Assembly (NCBI RefSeq): GCF_004010195.1
Contig: NC_057718.1
Coordinates: 88,331,355-88,395,354, forward strand
Source: Chiloscyllium plagiosum
Lineage: Eukaryota
Length of the DNA stretch: 64,000 nucleotides
Reading direction: 5' to 3'
The notes beneath the pieces are model-generated. The model did not search any database and was not told where the DNA came from. It saw only the letters and a list, made by a program, of their open reading frames with translations. The translations under genes and the position numbers were made by a program. Shown piece after piece: positions 60,591 through 64,000 of this stretch. The first letter of the stretch is position 1. Each line of letters starts with the position of its first letter.

Positions 60591-60758
60591 TGTCAATGTT
60601 CAGGGCAAGATGTTTAATGACAAGGGGGAGACCATTCTTGTTCACAGGCTGCTTGTTAATGTTCGGAGGGAGATTGTTAGCGCCCAGGGGGAGACTGTTC
60701 CAATCCAGTGTCAGATTGTTAATATCCAGTTGGGCAGCATTAATGGGTGTGGAGGGGA
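60591..60758. repeat. Diverged 21-bp tandem array, 7-8 units
   Basis: Units start at 60591+21n; approximate consensus TGTTAATGTCCAGGGGGAGAT. Confidence 0.8.
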
Positions 60759-62251
60759 GCATTTTCTGTTGGCATTGAATTAATACAGTATATTTTCTGA
60801 CTCCCACCAAATGAAGTAAATTGAAAGTATTGCATGCATTTGTCTCAAAAAAATTCCATCACATTCTTTGTCACTCTTTCCTTCATTTCATTTTTATTTC
60901 TTATTTCTCTCTTCTTTTGCCTCCAGCTTTTCTTTTAACGCGTCACGTGCGCAAGTTGGGGGTTGGGACGAGAGCATAAATATGAAGACTGTTTGACATT
61001 CTGTTTAATACTGTACGGCAAGGCATTAATCATGCTCACTTCAGTCAACCTAAATTTGATGAATGGGTGAGCTGTGGTATTCTCTACAACTCATTTCCTG
61101 GAAATATTTAACAAGAGCATAGGGAGTGAAAGGGAAAGAAAGAAAAATGAAAGGTAAAGAAACATGAAAGCCTATGTAACAAAAAGCAGGAAATGTGAAG
61201 AGAAAAGCAAAAACATCTGAATGCTTTTAAACACCACATCACAATCCCTCAGTTAAATGGCATCTCTGCAAAACTAAAGCAGAATAAATTCACTGCCTGA
61301 TGTTCTAAACATGCATTTAAGTCAGAGCTGATCACCTTGTGGACCTCCTTCCTCCTGAGTGCTATAACATTACTAGAATAATGCATTCTGCATTTTAATT
61401 ATTAAAATTCCAGCCAGCAGCTTCTGAGTCTAAGCAAGTTATGGAATACCGCACCATGCAGAGGAAGCACTCCTGTAAAGATTGAGTACAGTATTGAATT
61501 CAGGCTAAATTATACCTGCTCCACATTAGCTGCTGCATGCTTATTTTCATCTAACCCTCATCTCATGTCCTTCTGCTCTTTTGTCTTTCAGACACTTATC
61601 TGGCATTCTATGAGATGCATTGATGCCATTTCTCTCAATGTGATAGCAAATCATTCTATCGCTCTTTTCCATGAAGAAGTTTCTCCTGAATTTCGTATTG
61701 CATTTATCAATAATTATTTTATACTTATGGCCCCAAGTTTTAGCCTTGAACAACAAGTGAAATTATCTGTTTCACTCAATCCCTTTATAATTTTAAAAGG
61801 TCTACCAGGTCACCTCCAAAAATGTTCTTTTTGACAAAAAGAATCCCAGTCTGTTTAGTCTATACTGTTGGTTAGGAGCTCGGAGTTCTGCAATTCATCC
61901 TTTTTTTTTGCACCTTCGCTTATGTTTATATATCCTTATTACTAGACTTTGCACAGTCCTCCAAAATATGTTCACATGGGCTTCATCAGAACTATTTTAG
62001 CTAACTTTGAGTTTAACAGTTATAGCGCTGTGGTTCAAAAAATTACACTCCTATAAAATGACAAATCCACAGAATAAAACATATTTGAATGGTTACTTGT
62101 CAGTTTTCGCTAAACATAACCTGGCAAATTTAAACAAGGAGATAGCAGAAAATCAAACAGAGCTCCAGCATGTGAACAGGGAAACAGTTCTTCAAGCATG
62201 GCACTGTGGTTAACCTCAGGACATCCCATAGTAGTTTACAACCACTGAACC

Positions 62252-62430
62252 AGAGTCATAGAGATGTGCAGCACGGAAACAGACCCTTCAGTCCAACTTG
62301 TCCATGACCAGATATCCTAACATAATCTAGTCCCATTTGCCAGCACTTGGCCCAAATCCCTCTAAACCCTTCCTATTTGTATACCATCCAGATGCCTTTT
62401 AAATGTTGTAATTGTACCAGCTCCCACCTA
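62252..62430 (-). mobile_element. CR1/HER1 3' end nested in a DeuSINE-like relic (about 62170-62520)
   Basis: agagtcatagagatgtgcagcacggaaacagacccttcagtccaac.. is the reverse CR1 3' UTR. Confidence 0.8.
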
Positions 62431-63244
62431 CTTATAGAAACATAGTTTCTGCTGTAATTAAGGAAACGTGTCAATTAATTTTCACACAGCAAAATCTCAC
62501 ATGCAGCAATGACTTTGGTTTAATGAATACCACAGAATTTCAGAATGTTTACAGCACTGAAGGAGGTCAGTCATCTGTGCATCCAGGTCAGCTTTGATTG
62601 GAGTTCCCAATTTCATATCCTACATGCCACCAATGCCTGATCATTCCTACCCTTACAAATCGGATTGGTAAAGATTAATGTACTGTAAGTCTCTATCATT
62701 CTTACTGGGGTAGCAGTTCAGTGGATACCTGTAGTATGCAAGGTTGCAGTTCTAGCCTGTAGGAACTCATTTGAAAGTTAGAAGCTCTGCAGTGGAGGCT
62801 ACTTTCTCTGCATGTTAGACATTCTCACAATTCCCCATGCCGCCAATTCATCACTGTCTCCTCCTTCCTCTCCACAATGTGGGTGACACATCTGTAAATA
62901 CTGGCCAAGTTTCTGACATACCCCTAGTGCTCATAACTGGAGAGAATTATTTCCACCACTCTAACAAACAACACAATCATGCCATCAAGGTTTAGCACTG
63001 GTGCATGGTAGTACATCCTATGACAGTACACCCTCAGAAAGAATGAGGTCCTCTGAAAACCTGTGAAACATGGATGTCCTGTGTTACTTGCTGCACAAAT
63101 CGAGGCCCTGGAATTCAAAGGAAAATCTAGTCACTTAGTGGTGGCAATGTCCCAGTGTTGACAACCATCATTCTCTATCCTGCCATAGCTCATCGATGAA
63201 ATGAAATCAATATGTGTGAGTCATTTGTAATCCAGCTTCATTTT

Positions 63245-64000
63245 AATTTCAAAAATAAACTTTATTCATAAAAAAAAGTCTCTTTGTATATATACATTGA
63301 CGCAAAAGCGATTTGGTTCTGCATTGTTGCAAATCAAGCAAACAAACAAAACATTGAACTTTGAAGACAGCCTTGGGTACATTCTTCCCCCCCTTAGCCA
63401 GGGTTTTGTACATGGTGTCCCTGCAGATCCGGTCTATCTTAGACCTCCAGATGAAATGGAGGATGACTTGGATGACTGCGACTGCACAGTTTTGTGGAAT
63501 GGGCCAGACCTGCGCCACATACAACAGAGAGAGTCACACCTGATGACCAGCTTTTTGCCCTCATTGGAAAGGGAGCAGTGCTCCCAAAAGACCAGTTTCT
63601 GCTATACCTTGGCAATGCGCACCTCCCAAGATTTTGTGCATGCCAGAGTCCCTCCAAACCGTATTCCCAGCACCTTCAGGTAATCTGTCCTGATGGTGAA
63701 GGGGATAAAGGATCAGTCGGCCCAGTTCCCAAAGAGTATGGCCTCGTTCTTGCTTCAATTCACCTTAGCTCCCAAGGCCAGTTCAAACTAGTCGCAGGTG
63801 CTCATCAGTCTGCACACTGACAGCGGATCCAAGCAGTAAACAGCAATATCATCTATGTACAGAGAGGCTTTGACCTGCAAGCCCCCACTGACTGAATAGT
63901 CCACTCTCTCAGGCGCGCATCCTTCCTGATGGAATCAGCAAAGGGCTCAAGCAACATACAAACAAGACAGGAGGGAATGGGCAGCCCTGCCTGACTCCGG
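63245..64000 (-). mobile_element. Tx1/L1-clade LINE RT region plus 3' end, internally deleted; runs off the window
   Basis: Reverse strand gives GVRQGCP, SLYIDDI and YVAQVWPIP..FIWRSK..YKTLAKGGKNVP, then jumps to an aataaa/A-rich terminus. Confidence 0.8.

Noticed and set aside
27000..64000. AKAP12 or another neighbouring gene
   Set aside because: No recognisable coding exon or CpG-island promoter; the ORFs are TE-derived or short and featureless.

Overview
Repeat-rich vertebrate genomic DNA from a cartilaginous fish, most likely a shark. This is inferred from HE1-type tRNA-derived SINEs, HER1/CR1-type LINEs and DeuSINE-like relics. The only host gene I can support is the 3' end of a C1-tetrahydrofolate synthase family gene on the + strand, probably MTHFD1L. 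Its last coding exon is 22803-22894 ([29 protein letters not shown]) and a probable non-coding terminal exon starts at 25494. The ORF track is almost entirely decayed retroelement sequence (CR1, L2, RTE, Rex1, Tx1, Penelope). The most striking signal is a set of short fold-back insertions from at least three sequence-unrelated Penelope-like families. They share one architecture: an 11-15 bp target-site duplication (TSD), inverted arms carrying a minimal type I hammerhead ribozyme, and a 33-38 nt unpaired tail. One sits in or next to the gene's 3' UTR. Also present are a 33-bp x10 array, a 21-bp array, a recent perfect 54-bp inverted duplication, nested and inverted LINEs, and a 205-nt assembly gap. 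All calls were made by eye; TE boundaries are approximate unless a TSD is given.
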